Of a stretch of 64,000 bases of DNA, positions 12,007-25,211 are shown one piece after another. Source of the DNA: Mobula hypostoma (Eukaryota). The notes under the pieces were generated by a model that ran no database searches, was not told where the DNA came from, and worked only from the letters and a program-made list of their open reading frames with translations. The position numbers and the translations under genes are program-made. The stretch spans positions 22,694,001 through 22,758,000 of the forward strand of contig NC_086109.1 of assembly GCF_963921235.1 (NCBI RefSeq), read 5' to 3'. Every line of letters begins with the position of its first letter. The first letter of the stretch is position 1.

Positions 12007-14905
12007 TTGCAGGGGGATGGGAACCAGGGTGCCAGAGCTGACAGTGTGGCTGGGGTGAAAATAAATGATGTTAAAAGTTCAAGCAAAGCAGCAAATAGAA
12101 AGGTTGTGAGTGGTGGTAAAAATCTTCTGAGGTGTATATATTTCAATGCTAGGAGTATTGCGGGGAAGGCAGACGAGTTGAGGGTGTGGATTGACACGTG
12201 GAATTATGACGTTATAGCAATTAGTGAAACTTGGCTACAGGAGGGGCAGGACTGGCAGCTTAATATTCCAGGGTTCCGATGTTTCAGATGTGATAGAGGC
12301 AGAGGAATGAAAGGTGGGGGAGTAGCATTGCTTGTCAGGGAAAATATTACAGCAATGCTCAGGCCGGACAGATTAGAGGGCGTGTCTACTGAGTCCTTAT
12401 GGGTGGAGCTGAGAAACAGGAAAGGTATGGCCATATTAGTCCACCCAATAGTCAGCGAGAATTGGAGGAGCAAATCTGCAGAGGGATAGTAGGCAACTGC
12501 AGGAAACATAAAGTTGTGGTGGTAGGGGATTTTAATTTTCCACATATAGATTGGGACTCCCATACTGTTAGGGGTCTAGATGGTTTAGAGTTTGTAAAAT
12601 GTGTTCAGGAAAGTTTTCTAAATCAATATATAGAGCTACCAACTAGAGGGGATGCAAAATTGGATCTCCTGTTAGGAAACGAGTTAGGACAAGTGACGGA
12701 AGTGTGTGTAGGGGAGAACTTTGGTTCCAGTGATCATAACACCATTAGTTTCAACTTGATCATGGACAAGGATAGATCTGGTCCTAGGGTTGAGGTTCTG
12801 AACTGCAAGAAGGCCAAATTTGAAGAAATGAGGAAGGATCTAAAAACCGTGGATTGGGACAGGTTGTTCTCTGGCAAGGATATGATCGGTAGGTGGGAAG
12901 CCTTCAAAGGAGAAATTTTGAGAGTGCAGAGCTTGTATGTTCCTGTCAGGATTAAAGGCAAAGTGAATAGGAATAAGGAACCTTGGTTCTCCAGGGATAT
13001 TGCAACTCTGATAAAGAAGAAGAGAGAGTTGTATGATATGTATAGGAAACAGGGAGTAAATAAGGTGCTTGAGGAGTATAAAAAGTGCAAGAAAATACTT
13101 AAGAAGGAAATCAGGAGGGCTAAAAGAAGACATGAGTTTGCCTTGTCAGTCAAAGTGAAGGATAATCCAAAGAGCTTTTACAGATATATTAAGAGTAAAA
13201 GGATTATAAGGGATAAAATTGGTCCTCTTGAGGTCAGAGTGGTCGGCTATGTGCGGAACCAAAAGAAATGGGGGAGATCTTAAATGGGTTTTTTGCGTCA
13301 GTATTTACTAGCGAAACTGGCATGAAGTCTATGGAATTAAGGGAAACAAGTAGTGAGATCATGGAAATTGTACAGATTGAAAAGGAGGAGGTGCTTGCTA
13401 TCTTGAGGCAAATTAAAGTGGATAAATCCCCAGGACCTGACAGAGTATTCCCTCGGACCTTGAAGGAGATTAGTATTGAAATTGCAGGGGCCCTGGCAGA
13501 TATATTTTAAATGTCGGTGTCTATGGGTGAGGTGCCGGAGGATTGGAAAATGGCTCATGTTGTTCCGTTGTTTAAAAAAGGATCGGAAAGTAATTCAGGA
13601 AATTATAGGCCCGTAAGTTTGATGTCGGTAGTGGGTAAGCTATTGGAGGGAGCACTAAGAGATAGAATCTACAAGCATTTGGATAGACAGGGACTTATTA
13701 GGGAGAGTCAACATGGCTTTGTGCATGGTAGGTCATGTTTGACCAATCTACTGGAGTTTTTCGAGGAGGTTACCAGGAAAGTGGATGAAGGGAAGGCAGT
13801 GGATGTTGTCTACATGGACTTTGACAAGGTCCCGCATGGGAGGTTAGATAGGAAAATTCAGTCGCTAGGTATACATGGAGAGGTGGTAAATTGGATTAGA
13901 CATTGGCTCGATGGAAGAAGCCAGAGAGTGGTGGTAGAGAATTGCTTCTCTGAGTGGAGGCCTGTGACTAGTGGTGTGCCACAGGGATCATTGCTGGGTC
14001 CATTGTTATTTGTCATCTATATCAATGATCTGGATGATAATGTGATAAATTGGATCAGCAAATTTGCTGATGATACAAAGATTGGAGGTGTAGTGGACAG
14101 TGAGAAAGGTTTTCAAAGCTTGCAGAGGGACTTGGACCAGCTGGAAAAATGGGCTGAAAAATGGCAGATGGAGTTTAATACAGACAAGTGTGAGGTATTG
14201 CACTTTGGAAGGACAAACCAAGGTAGAACATACAGGGTAAATGGTAAGGCACTGAGGAGTGCAGTAGAACAGAGGGATCTGGGAATACAGATACAAAATT
14301 CCCTAAAAGTGGCATCACAGGTAGATAGGGTGGTAAAGAGAGCTTTTGGTACATTGGCCTTTATTAATCAAAGTATTGCGTATAAGAGCTGGAATGTTAT
14401 GATGAGGTTGTATAAGGCATTGGTGAGGCCGAATCTCGAGTATTGTGTTCAGTTTTGGTCACCAATTTACAGGAAATATATTAATAAGGTTGAAAGAGTG
14501 CAGAGAAGGTTTACAAGGATGTTGCCGGGACTTGAGAAACTCAGTTACAGAGAAAGGTTGAATAGGTTAGGACTTTATTCCCTGGAGCGTAGAAGAATGA
14601 AGGGAGATGTGATAGAGGTATATAAAATTATGATGGGTATAGATAGAGTGAATGCAAGCAGGCTTTTTCCACTGAGCCAAGGGGATAAAAAAACCAGAGA
14701 ACATGGGTTAAGGGTGAGGGGGGAAAAGTTTAAAGGGAACATTAGGGAGGGCTTCTTCACACAGAGAGTGGTGGGAGTGTGGAATGAGCTGCCAGACGAG
14801 GGGGTAAATGCGGGTTCTTTTTTAACATTTAAGAATGAATTGGACAGATACATGAATGGGAGGTATATGGTGGGATATGGTCTGTGTGCAGGTCAGTGGG
14901 ACTAG
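12007..14905 (+). pseudogene. CR1 ORF2: APE endonuclease plus reverse transcriptase, disrupted
   Basis: CIYFNARS, ISETWL, VVGDFNFP, SDHN, KSPGPD, NYRPVSL, GVPQGS, KFADDTK; frameshifts near 12435 and 13235; stop at 13508-13510. Confidence 0.95.
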
Positions 14906-15090
14906 GCAGAAAATGGTTTGGCACAGCCAAGAAGGGCCAAAAGGCCTGTTCCTGTGCTGTAGTTTTTCTATGGTTTCCATAGTTTCTATGGTTTCTAAAT
15001 ATTGAGAACATGAGATAAAGAGCCCTTGAAAGTGAGTCCATTGGTTGTGGGAACATTTCAATGATGGGGCAAGTGAAGTTGAGTGAAGTT

Positions 15091-16562
15091 CAGAATCAGA
15101 ATCAGAATCAGGTTTATTTTCACTGGCATGCGACATGAAATTTGTTAACTTAGCAACAGCAGTACAATGCAATACATAATCTAGCAGAGAGAAAAAAAAA
15201 TAATAATACTTAATAAACTCGTAAATCAATTACGTATATTGAACAGATTTTTAAAAAAATGCTCAAAAAGAGAAATACCGTATATTAAAAAAAAGTGAGG
15301 TAGTGTCCAAAGATTCAATGTCCATTTAGGAATCAGATGGCAGAGGGGAAGAAGCTGTTCCTGAATCACTGAGTGTGTGCCTTCAGGCTTCTGTATCTCC
15401 TACCTGGTAACAGTGAGAAAAGGTCATGTCCTGGGTGCTGGAGGTCCTTAATAATGGACGCTGTCTTTCTGAGACACCGCTCCTTGAAGATGTCCTGGGT
15501 ACTTTGTAAGCTAGTGCCCAAGATGGAGCTGACTAGACTTACTTAGCTTCTTTCGGTCCTGTGCAGTAGCCCCTCCATACCAGACAGTGATGTAGCCTGT
15601 CAGAATGCTCTCCATGGTACAACTACAGAAGTTTTTGAGTGTATTTGTTGACATGCCAATCCTCTTCAAACTCCTAATAAAGTATATAGCCACTGTCTTG
15701 CCTTCTTTATAACTACGTAGATATGTTGGGAACAGATTAGATCCTCAGAAATCTTGACACCCAGGAACTTGAAGCTGCTCACTCTCTCCACTTCTGATCC
15801 CTCTATGAGGATTGGTACATGTTCCTTCATTTTACCCTTCCTGAAGTCCACAATCAGCTCTTTCGTCTTACTGACATTGAGTGCCAGGTTGTTGCTGCAG
15901 CCCCATTCCACTAGTTAGCATATTTCACTCCTGTACACTCTTTTGTCACCACGTGAGATTCTACCAACAATGGTTGTATTGTCAGCAAATTTATAGATGG
16001 TATTTGAGCTATGCCTAGCCACACAGTCATCTGTATATAGAGAGCAGAGCAGTGGGCTAAGCACACACTTCTGAGGTGTGCCAGTTTTGATCATCAGCGA
16101 GGAGGAGATGTTATCACCAATCCACACAGACTGTAGTCTTCCGGTTAGGAAGTCAAGGATCCAATTGCAGAGGAAGGTAGAGGCCCAGGTTCTGCAACTT
16201 CTCAATCAGGATTGTTGGAATGATGGCATTAAATGCTGAGCTATAGTCGATAAACAGCATCCTGACGTAGGTGTTTGTGTTGTGCAAGCCGTGTGGAGAG
16301 CCATTGAAATTGCATCTGCCTTTGACCTATTGTGGTAGGCAAATTGTAATGGGTCCAGGTCCTTGCTGAGGCAGGAGTTCAGTCTAGTCATGACCAACCT
16401 CTCAAAGCATTTCAATGTGAGTGCTACCGGGCGATAGTCATTAAGGCAGCTCACATTATTCTTCTTAGGCACTGGTAAAATTGTTGCCTTTTTGAAGCAA
16501 GTGGGAACTTCTGCCTGTAGCAGTGAGAGGTTGAAAATGTCCTTGAATACTCCCACTAGTTG
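15091..16562 (-). mobile_element. Younger Rex1/Babar-like LINE, 5'-truncated, nested in an older Rex1
   Basis: (cagaat)n tail at 15091-15110; [36 protein letters not shown]. Confidence 0.9.
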
Positions 16563-18107
16563 GTTAACCCCTTTGGTTCAAGAGCCTGATGGTTGAAGGG
16601 TGGTAACTGTTCCTGAACCTGGTATAGGAGTCCTGAGGCTCTGTACCTTCTTCTGGATGGCAGTAGTGAGAAGAGAGCATGACCTGGGTGGTGGGATCCC
16701 TGATGATGGATGCTACTTTCCTACGACAACACTTCATGTAGATGTATTCAATGGTTGAGAGGGCTTTACCCGTGATGGACTAGGCCTTATCCACTACTTT
16801 TTGTAGGATTTTCTATTCAAGGGCATTGATGTTTCTAAACCAGACTGTGAAGCAGCCAGTCAGTATACTCTCCACTACACACCTATAGAGGTTTGTCAAG
16901 GCTTTACACGTAATGCCAAATCTCCACAAACTCCTAAGGAAGTAGAGGCACTGCCGTATTTTCTTCGTAATTCACTTACATGCTGGGCCCAGGACAGAGG
17001 AACTTAAAAGTTGCTGACCCTCTCCACCTCTGATCCTCCGATGAGGACTGTCTCATAGACCTTTGGTTTCCTTCTCCTGAAGTCAATGATCGGCTCCTTG
17101 GTCTTGCTGACATTGAGTGAGAGGCTGTTGTGGCACCGCTCGGCCAGATTTTCAATCTCCCTCCTATATGCTGATTCATCACCATGTTTGGTTTGGCCCA
17201 CAGCAGAGGTGTCATCAGCAAACTTAAATGTGACATTGGAGCTGTGCTTAGCAACACAGCCATAAATATAAAGTGGGTAGAGCAGGGGGCTAAGCACACA
17301 GCCTTGCTGATGGAGATCATGGAGGGGATGGCGTTGCCAATCCAAATTGACTGGGGTCAGCAAAGAAAAGGATTTACAAAATTTAAATAAATTGATGAAT
17401 TCTAAGCAAAGTCTGTTTACATTTCTTTTGATCTTCAGAGGACAAGGATTTCCTTTTTAAGCCTGTCCTTTTATGTTAATTCAAACGAGAAATAAGGTGA
17501 CTGATGGTGAGTTGGCAGTCGTCCAGGATACAAAGCTCCAGCTGCAACATGCTGCCCGCTCTTTATCTTAATAATACCCTTATTTGTTTGTTCAGAAGAG
17601 TATACACCAGCCTTGCCACACATCATCACAAACAATCATTGTGCCTGCAGATGTAGCGTGCCTCGTAGCATCTGGTGCCTTGATTAATTGTGGGGGCCTC
17701 GGAGACACTGAGACATCAGAGCATCCTGAACACCAGATGTTTCTCCTTCAGGCATTGATGGCTAGATGGCTCCCTGCGCAGATTGCGATAAGTCGGCAGA
17801 GACTGCAAGACGTGACCTTCACCGTGTGAAGGGAAAAGGGGCTTTGTACCAACCTTGTGGCTCTGCGATCAATACGTCAGTTCAGCTGAGCAGGAAGACA
17901 AATGGTTTAAACTAGCCACTGAGCATTTATTGTTCGGGACATGTATCCCCATAGACCAAACAAGCCATTTATAAATCAGATACAGGCAGGGATATTTTAA
18001 TATAGAATAAATTTGGTTATGAAAGAATTTTGAAATGACATTCTGCTCAATTTGATGATCACAACTAAAAAAATCTGTATCATTCAAGGTTCCTTTAACC
18101 TGCACAT

Positions 18108-18685
18108 AGGCCCTTCATTGGTCGAGGTCGATCATGGATGTTGCGTCTGGCTGTCTACGTGATACGCAAGCCAGGGCAGTTTGATATGGAGAGCAAACTG
18201 TTGCCCACGCATCAGGCTCCCCCTGGCCACACAGCTGATGAATCTAAAGGAACGGCAGAGACTGATACAGTCTGGTATCATCGGCATCGCAGGAGTTGCC
18301 AGTAAGTAGTGAACTCGATGTAACTTAGGGAGCCTTACGGACTCCAGTTCCGGAGTTCGCCTCGGGGTTTACTCCTGACGCCTTCCACATGAGTGAGTAA
18401 AGCTGCAAGGCAGCCGAGGTTTGAGATCAGAGTTTTCCTTCTCCTAGTTGAGCTGCCAACCACGGCTGAAGAGCTCCATCTGCCTGAAGTGGCTTGTTTT
18501 AAGGCACCAGTAACCTGCCTGTCAGTAGAAATAGTTCTGCCAGGCTGAGTAACTAAGTCACACGTGAAGGCCAGGAGCTGGACTTGGTTGTCAGAGGCTA
18601 TTTGGGACACACGCCATTGGGAGCATTTAATAGATAGTGAGAGCTTGTCCTCATTACCACCTCCAGCTATAACAACCTTAAGGAA
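18108..18685 (-). mobile_element. Probable RTE-related non-autonomous retroposon
   Basis: Discrete CpG-retaining block with RTE-5'-like motifs on the reverse strand; family not firmly identified. Confidence 0.4.
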
Positions 18686-19029
18686 CCAAAATAACCTATA
18701 CTGCATCTAATATAATGCATTGTTTTGACCACATTTGAGAGTGCTGTGCACTGGTCTCTATGCAACAGATATAGAAGAGTGTGAAAAGATACACAGTTAT
18801 CACAAGATAGAAATGAATGTAAAGGTCAGGAAACACTGAGCAGACTGGGGTTATTTTCCCTGGTCGGAGATATCAAAGAGTAGGTCAAATGGGGGTCTGA
18901 AAAAGTAATGAATGCATAAGGTAAGGTATATGTGGGAAAATTTTTCAATGTGAGTCAGAGATAAGAGAAAAAATATAAATAAGTCACTAATCGATTAGAT
19001 GAATAATTTAGGATGAAGACAAGAAAGTA

Positions 19030-19460
19030 ATGAAAATCTTTTGTCTTCTTAGGCAGTGCCTTGGGATTGAGAATGACTTGGTGCTCTGAGGCAGCTGATG
19101 AGGCTAACCACCCTGCATGGGCACTGACTTGTGGGGAAGGTGGGTGGCTTGCCCCTTTTGCTACTAATGCCAGGTTTCTATCTGCTCCAGGTGCATGACC
19201 TCATAGTTCTCAAGAAAATTCTGAATGCTCCTCCTCCACATTGAGGGGTCATGGTTGGAGATTCCCAGAAATTAATGGAGATGTTGCATTTCCTCACTGA
19301 GTCTTTCAGCACATCCATGAATGCTTTTTTTCTTAACCTGCCTGGTAATCTCTTCCCAAAGCAGGGCTTGAAATAAAATGAGTGTTTTGGGGACCTGGTG
19401 TCAAAGCCATGAGTGACATGGCCAGTCCAGTGTAGCCAACTGTGAGTAATGAGCAAACTG
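19030..19460 (-). mobile_element. RTE LINE 3' end
   Basis: WLHWTGHVTHGFDTRSPK...GKRLPGRLRK..DVLK matches the RTE LRW.GHV.RM...R.PK...G.R..G motif. Confidence 0.8.
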
Positions 19461-19461
19461 A

Positions 19462-20941
19462 TTCAAAGATTCAAAGTACATTTATTATCAAAGTATGTAT
19501 GTGGTGTCAGGGAGGGGTAGCACCTCTGGTGGGGGAACATGTTGCATCCTTTTCAAGGCGGTTAGTCCACCTTTGGTCCCCACCTGGCACTCAGCTCTCA
19601 CCTGTGGCTCCCCGTAGCTGTTTGCATGCGACAGCGGCCACACCCCGGGCAACTGCTTCGACAAGCCGGCTAAACCAGGTGAGGGTAGCCGACGGGTCTC
19701 AAATCCTCGGTGAGATAGGGAGACGTCTATCCCTGCATGTGAAGATAGACTCCAGCGGATTGAGTGTGCGAGACCAATGGAAGGTCCAACGGTCAAGAAG
19801 GCGGTCACTGCAAGCGTTGTGGAACGCGTAGAGCACGTCATGGTCATCCATTGTGCCTAGTCCCATCTCCAGCCATCTCGACTCTTGTCTTGCCACTGGA
19901 TTCAGATGGGAATTGGGAAGAGAGAGTGAGGCTGACGCTGTGCAACTCTCCCTCACTTAAATCCAAATCAAGCGCTAGTCTCGACACGATCAACATCATT
20001 AATGGTGTCGAGGTCTTCATCGACGACGATGGACGAACAACAAACAATAATGTATGTGGTATAGAACCATGAGATTCGTCTTCCCAAAGACTGCCACCAA
20101 ACAAAGAAAACCATGGAACTCATTCAAAGAAAAACAGCTATCCCACCACCGCCTCCCCCCCCCCCCCACAACAACGTGCAAAAAATCCCAGGCAAATAGC
20201 AAAAGAAAGAGCGAAAAACACAGAATATAGAACACCAATCCACAAAAGTCATCGAAAAAGTCCAGGCATATTCAGTACAACTCAGTTCAGTTCAATCTAG
20301 AATGTGTCATTGGTCATCTGCAGGCTGCCTCAATGAAAATCACACTGAATAGCGACGAAAGATGGAGCAACCAGAAACCAGAGGCACATCATAATGTGAC
20401 TACATAGTCCAATCCACAAACCACATTGATTAAACCTTGCCCAAGACCCAGGACTCTGGCACCATCCTCCAAAAGTGTCGAGGGAGAGAGAGAGAGCATT
20501 GAAACGCAGAGACCTTTCTCCAGGAGCAGCGAGTGAGAAGGAGAGAAAGAGACCATCACACGCAGACACCTTCCTCTGGCAGCAGTGAGCAAGAGTTTGG
20601 TAGACAATGCTGAACAACCCCTCACCTTCTGCTCTTGCCTCGATGATTTCAATCGTCCTCTATGCTTTAATTGGCGAGATTGGCGAGAAATGGGGTCGAT
20701 TGCGGGCTTACGTCACGACTCCAGGCTTCTCGGCCTGGAGGCGGCTCGCTTTACTAAAAAGCTCACTAACCACCCTCAGAGACAGCAAAGCGCCAAATTG
20801 CTCAATCGGCCAAAAACACACCACCGAAACAACATCTCCAACAGCAGTATTTGAACAAAAAAGACGTAAAAGAAGCAGTTTTGTGAACCATCTGAAGATT
20901 TTCGCCATTGGTTGCGTTGTTTGCTGATGCCATCTTCTTCC
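19462..20941 (-). mobile_element. Non-autonomous retroposon with a Rex1-type 3' tail
   Basis: ttcaaagattcaaagtacatttattatcaaagta tail; 5' end reads gaagaagatggca; body has no recognisable coding. Confidence 0.6.
19506..20049 (+). mobile_element. 544-bp SINE-like retroposon with an 11-bp TSD
   Basis: ATGTATGTGGT at 19495-19505 and 20050-20060; A/C-rich tail; CpG-rich. Confidence 0.8.
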
Positions 20942-21474
20942 TGCTGGAGGAATTCAGCAAGCCAAGTTACTTTCTATTTTTACCCAAGAAAAAAGTTTGG
21001 TTTTTTTTGCTCCATCTTGCAGCATCTGCAATCTCTTGTGTTTCCAGTATCTGTAAATGTTGTCCTGGGGGCAGCTTCATTTTCAAAAATAGAGCTGAAT
21101 TAAAATGCATAGCCGTGAGGGAAGTAAAAAAGACAAGAATAAACATGCACACTTGAACATCAATTTAGTGAAACAAGGAGTGGGATCAGATACTGAGGCT
21201 GACAGAAAGGGTCAGTCAAAACTTTGGGTACAATGGACCTGGATCAGCAAAGGCACAACCAACAATGGAACAATTAAAGTCCAGGTATACAAAGGCAAAG
21301 AACAGCAGAGATCTTCAATGGTGTTAGGGATGGTGGAAATCACAGCGAGAAGGAGACATGGCAGCATAGCAGTTCGTGCAATCACTTCACGATGCTAGTG
21401 ATCACTGATAAGGGTTCGATCCCCAGCACTGTCTGTCAGGAGTTCATGCAGTCTACCCATGACCATGTAGGTTC

Positions 21475-24400
21475 TGCAGTGGGGTGAATATTTCAGTAAT
21501 ACTTGAGTAATATTGTAAATATATTGTTTGATTAAGCAGTCTTTGTTTACTTAATTCATTATGGGTTATATTTAAGAGGTACATGAATGCAATACGTCAT
21601 AACTCCATCACATCAAATGTGAGTGCTGAACCGAAGCAAGATACTATGTAGACAAGTTCAACCCAGCTCTTGTGTTTTACTTCTGATTTGTTTCTCGAGT
21701 TACAAAATATAATAGTGGCGACGAGGAAGTTTTAAAATGAACCTGATACAATTACCTACCTGTTCAAGTGTAGCACATTTTTTCTTCTGCTTAAACCAGA
21801 AGTGAACAGCAAATTAATAAAAATGGAATTGGACCCGGGCTCAGCTGTTTCAGTCATTACACAAAATGAGTTTGAACATCATTTCAAAGACACTGAACTG
21901 AAGCCTGCAGATATCCAACTAAGAACTTATACTGGAGAAAAGGTAACTCCTGTGGGAATGACATTGGTAACTGAAATACAGCAACCAATGACCACATTGG
22001 ACTTGGATCTGGTAAAAACAAGAGAGCCAAAATCTCAAGACATTGTTAAAAAGATTAGAAGATAACAGACTCAGAGCATGATACTACAAGTTCCATTGTT
22101 TAAAAAGGGTTCTTAGAGTAAACCTGGCAATTATCGGCCTGTGAGTTTGATGTTCGTGGTGGGTAAATTGATGGAAAGTATTCTTAGAGATGGTATATAT
22201 AATTTTTGGGATAGACAGGGTCTGATTAGGAACAGTCAACATGGATTTGTGCGTGGAAGGTCATGTTTGACAAATCTTATTGAATTTTTTGATGAGGTTA
22301 CTAAGGAAGTTGACAAGGGTAAAATGGTGGATGTTATCTATATGGACTTCAGTAAGGCCTTTGACAAGGTGCCACACGGAAGGTTAGTTAGGAAGGTTCA
22401 ATCGTTAGGCATTAATATGGAAGTACTAAAATGGATTCAGCAGTGGCTAGATGGGAGACGCCAGAGAGTAGTGGTGGATAACTGTGTGTCAGATTGGAGG
22501 ATGGTGTGTAGTGGTGTGCCTCAGGGATCTGTACTGGGTCCAATGTTGTTTGTAATATATATTAATGATCTGGATGACAGGGTGGTAAATTGGATTAGTA
22601 AGTATGCAGATGATACTAAGATAGATGGTGTTGTGGATGATGAGGTAGGTTTTCAAAACTTGCAGAGAGATTTAGGACAGTTAGAAGAGTGGGCTGAAAG
22701 ATGGCAGATGGAGTTTAATGCTGGAAAATGTGAGGTGCTACATTTTGGTAGAACTAATCAAAATAGGACATACATGGTAAATGGTAGGGCATTAAAGAAT
22801 GCTTTAGAACAGAGGGATCTAGGAATAATGGTGCATAGTTCCCTGAAGATGAAATCTCATGTGGATAGGGTGGCGAAGAAAGCTTTTGCTTTGCTGGCCT
22901 TTATTAATCAGAGCATTGAGTATAGGAGTTGGGATGAACTTCATTACTTCTTCATTAACTTCTTTACTCAGAGGGTGCTAGCTGTGTGGAATGAGCTTCC
23001 AGCAGAAGTGGTTGAGGCAGGTTCGATGTTGTCGTTTAAAGTTAAATTGGATAGATATATGGACAGGAAAGGAATGGAGGGTTATGGGTTGAGTGCAGGT
23101 CGGTGGGACTAGGATAGGGCAAGAGTTCGGCACGGACTACAAGGGCCGAGATTGTCTGTTTCCGTGCTGTAATTGGTTATATGGTTAAATGGTATAAATT
23201 CTTTAAATCAAGTATCACTTACTGTGGTCATACCATTGACGTACAAGGTTTTATGCAAGTGTGTTGAGAAAATTCAAGCAGTGGTGGATGCCTCGAGGCC
23301 AAAGGAAGTGTCACAGTTGTGGTCTTTTTTAGGATTAGTCAATTGCTGAAACAGAATCCTGCTAAACCTGGCTACTGTGCTCCACTCCTTGAAAGTGTTA
23401 CTATAGATCAGGACAAAATAACAAGGGGTAAAGCAGTGTGAGGTGGTTTTCCAAAAGGCAAAGGAGATGGTTATGTCAGGCACTGTACTCTCACATTATG
23501 ATCCACATTGTACAGTGAAGCTTGCTTGGGGCACCTTGCCTTATGGTATATTTTAGGTGCAGTCATGTCACATGTTATGAGTAATGGAAGTGAACGCCTC
23601 ATAGACTTTGCACCATGTTCCCTTACCGCTGTAGAGAAAATTTTTTGCAAAGATTGACAGAAGGGCCTTGAGTCGGGTTTGAGGTATAAAACATTTCAAC
23701 CAGTGCCTGTATGGGAGAGAGTTTACCCTCATTACTGATCGTCAATCACTGGTGTCCATTTTCAATCCACAGAAGGTTGTTCTACTAACAACAGCAGCAC
23801 AAATGCAGAGAATGGGCTCTGTTTCTTGGGGGACACAATTACAAGACCATATTCAAGACTAATCATGGAAATGCTGATGGATTGTCCTATTTACCCTTGG
23901 AAAAGGGAATACTTGTAAAATTTACAGAAGAGATACTCCTCTTGATGTAACACAAATCAAGTCTCCCTATTACAGCAGAGATGACCCAAAGGGAAACCAG
24001 GAAAGACTGCCTGTTGTCTCAGGTCTATGTGGCAACCCAAAATGGCTGGAATGTGCAGCAGATATTCTAGTTCTCCCACTTTTACCAGCTCCAAGATGAA
24101 CTTATCTTTGATGGGGGTTGCATTATGTGGGGATTGAAAGCTGTTGTACCATCCAAGCTGAGAACTAAAGTAGTGGAGGAGCTACATGTTGATCATCTAG
24201 GCACAGTCAAAATGAAAGTGTTGGCTTGAAGCTTTGTCTGGTGGCTTGGGATAAATCCACAGGTTGAGCAGTGCACTGTGCACTGTTTGGGATGCCAACA
24301 TGTCCAGAAGATGTGAAGAAGATTGCCCCTCCGTCACTGGGAATTGCCTGCATGGCCCTGGGTGAAGGTTTTTGCTGGACCATTCAAGGGCACCATTTTC

Positions 24401-24497
24401 TTTGTAGAAGTGGATTAAGAAAGAAATTAAATAGTCAAGTTCATTCTGGCTCCTGTGTTTTTTTTTCAGTTCATTTCTGGAGTTACAAAACACAAGA
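21475..24497 (+). mobile_element. Internally deleted Gypsy LTR retrotransposon
   Basis: 5' LTR 21475-21714; PBS TGGCGACGAGG 21716-21726; protease KMELDPGSAVSVI; RT/RNase H and integrase Zn-finger remnants 23192-24410; partial 3' LTR ~24415-24497; gag and most of RT deleted. Confidence 0.85.
22091..23191 (+). mobile_element. 5'-truncated CR1 inserted in the Gypsy RT region, with an internal deletion
   Basis: ORF 22141-23112: QHGFVRGRSCLTNL, DFSKAFDKV, GVPQGS, KYADDTK; jumps from YRSWD to NFFTQRV. Confidence 0.95.
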
Positions 24498-24859
24498 TTC
24501 CTTTGGTTGTTCCAGTTCCCTCCCACATTCCAAGGATCTATGTTTGGGGTTAGGGTCAGTGAGTTGTGGCATGCTATATTGGCACCGGAAGCGTGTCGAC
24601 ACGTGTGGGCTGCCACCAACACAATCCTCGGACTGTGTTGGTCATTGATGCAAAATGGCTCATTTAACTGCACATTTCGATGCTTCAATGTACATGTGAC
24701 AAATAAAGCTAATTTTTAATTTTTTTTTAGGGGGTTGTAAGGTTAAGGAAGAATTTGAGGAAAAGGCTAAGAGGTTCTGAATAACACCACTAGGAAGATA
24801 TAAAAACAATATCAGCTAAGTTTATCATATTTGGACATATTGGCAATTATAGAGTTCCT

Positions 24860-25175
24860 GGAGTCATACAATGGGGAAGCAGGCCCTTTGGCTTATTGTC
24901 CACATCAATCATTTAACACCCATTAACACTTATTCTAATTTATTCTCCCTATATTCTCATCAGCCCCCCTGCCCAGATTCTATCACTCACCTACACAAAT
25001 TAGGAGCCAGTTACAGGGTCTAATAAGACTTCCGACCCACACAGGAGGAAACTGAAGGGCCCGTGAGATCACAGCGGTACATGCAAACTCCACATAGGCA
25101 GCACCAAAGGTTCAGATGAAGCGGGGTCACTGGAGCTGAGAGGCAGTAGTGCCACTAGCAACCCCACTCTGTCAC
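24860..25175 (-). mobile_element. Decayed V-SINE
   Basis: catgcaaactccac...ggggtcactggagctgagaggcag, the reverse of the tRNA head and core. Confidence 0.55.
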
Positions 25176-25211
25176 TTTAATCAGAATCATGTTTATTATC
25201 ACTGACCGTTT

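Larger units (their letters stand above)
11139..14997 (+). mobile_element. Near full-length CR1 LINE, slightly 5'-truncated
   Basis: ORF1, ORF2, 3' UTR and a degenerate (ttctatggt)n tail at 14965-14997. Confidence 0.95.
10955..17345 (-). mobile_element. Rex1-like LINE 3' half hosting two nested insertions; own segments ~10955-11130, 14998-15090 and 16563-17345
   Basis: gttcaaagtaaatttattatcaaagtac tail; QGCVLSPLLY...KFADDT at 17004-17363; segments join collinearly when compared with 62595-63760. Confidence 0.8.
21357..24715 (+). mobile_element. V-SINE split by a Gypsy provirus (21357-21474 and 24498-24715)
   Basis: B-box gggttcgatcccc; core ...catgtaggttc resumes as ttcctttggttgttccagttccctcccacattccaag. 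Confidence 0.75.

Noticed and set aside
13511..14905. 464-aa ORF as a domesticated RT gene
   Set aside because: It is the distal part of a disrupted CR1 ORF2 and lacks part of the DFSKAFD motif (reads MDFDKV).
21357..21440. tRNA gene
   Set aside because: The B-box-like motif belongs to a V-SINE head; no cloverleaf forms.
22141..23112. 323-aa ORF as a functional gene
   Set aside because: It is a truncated CR1 RT with a non-ATG start and an internal deletion.
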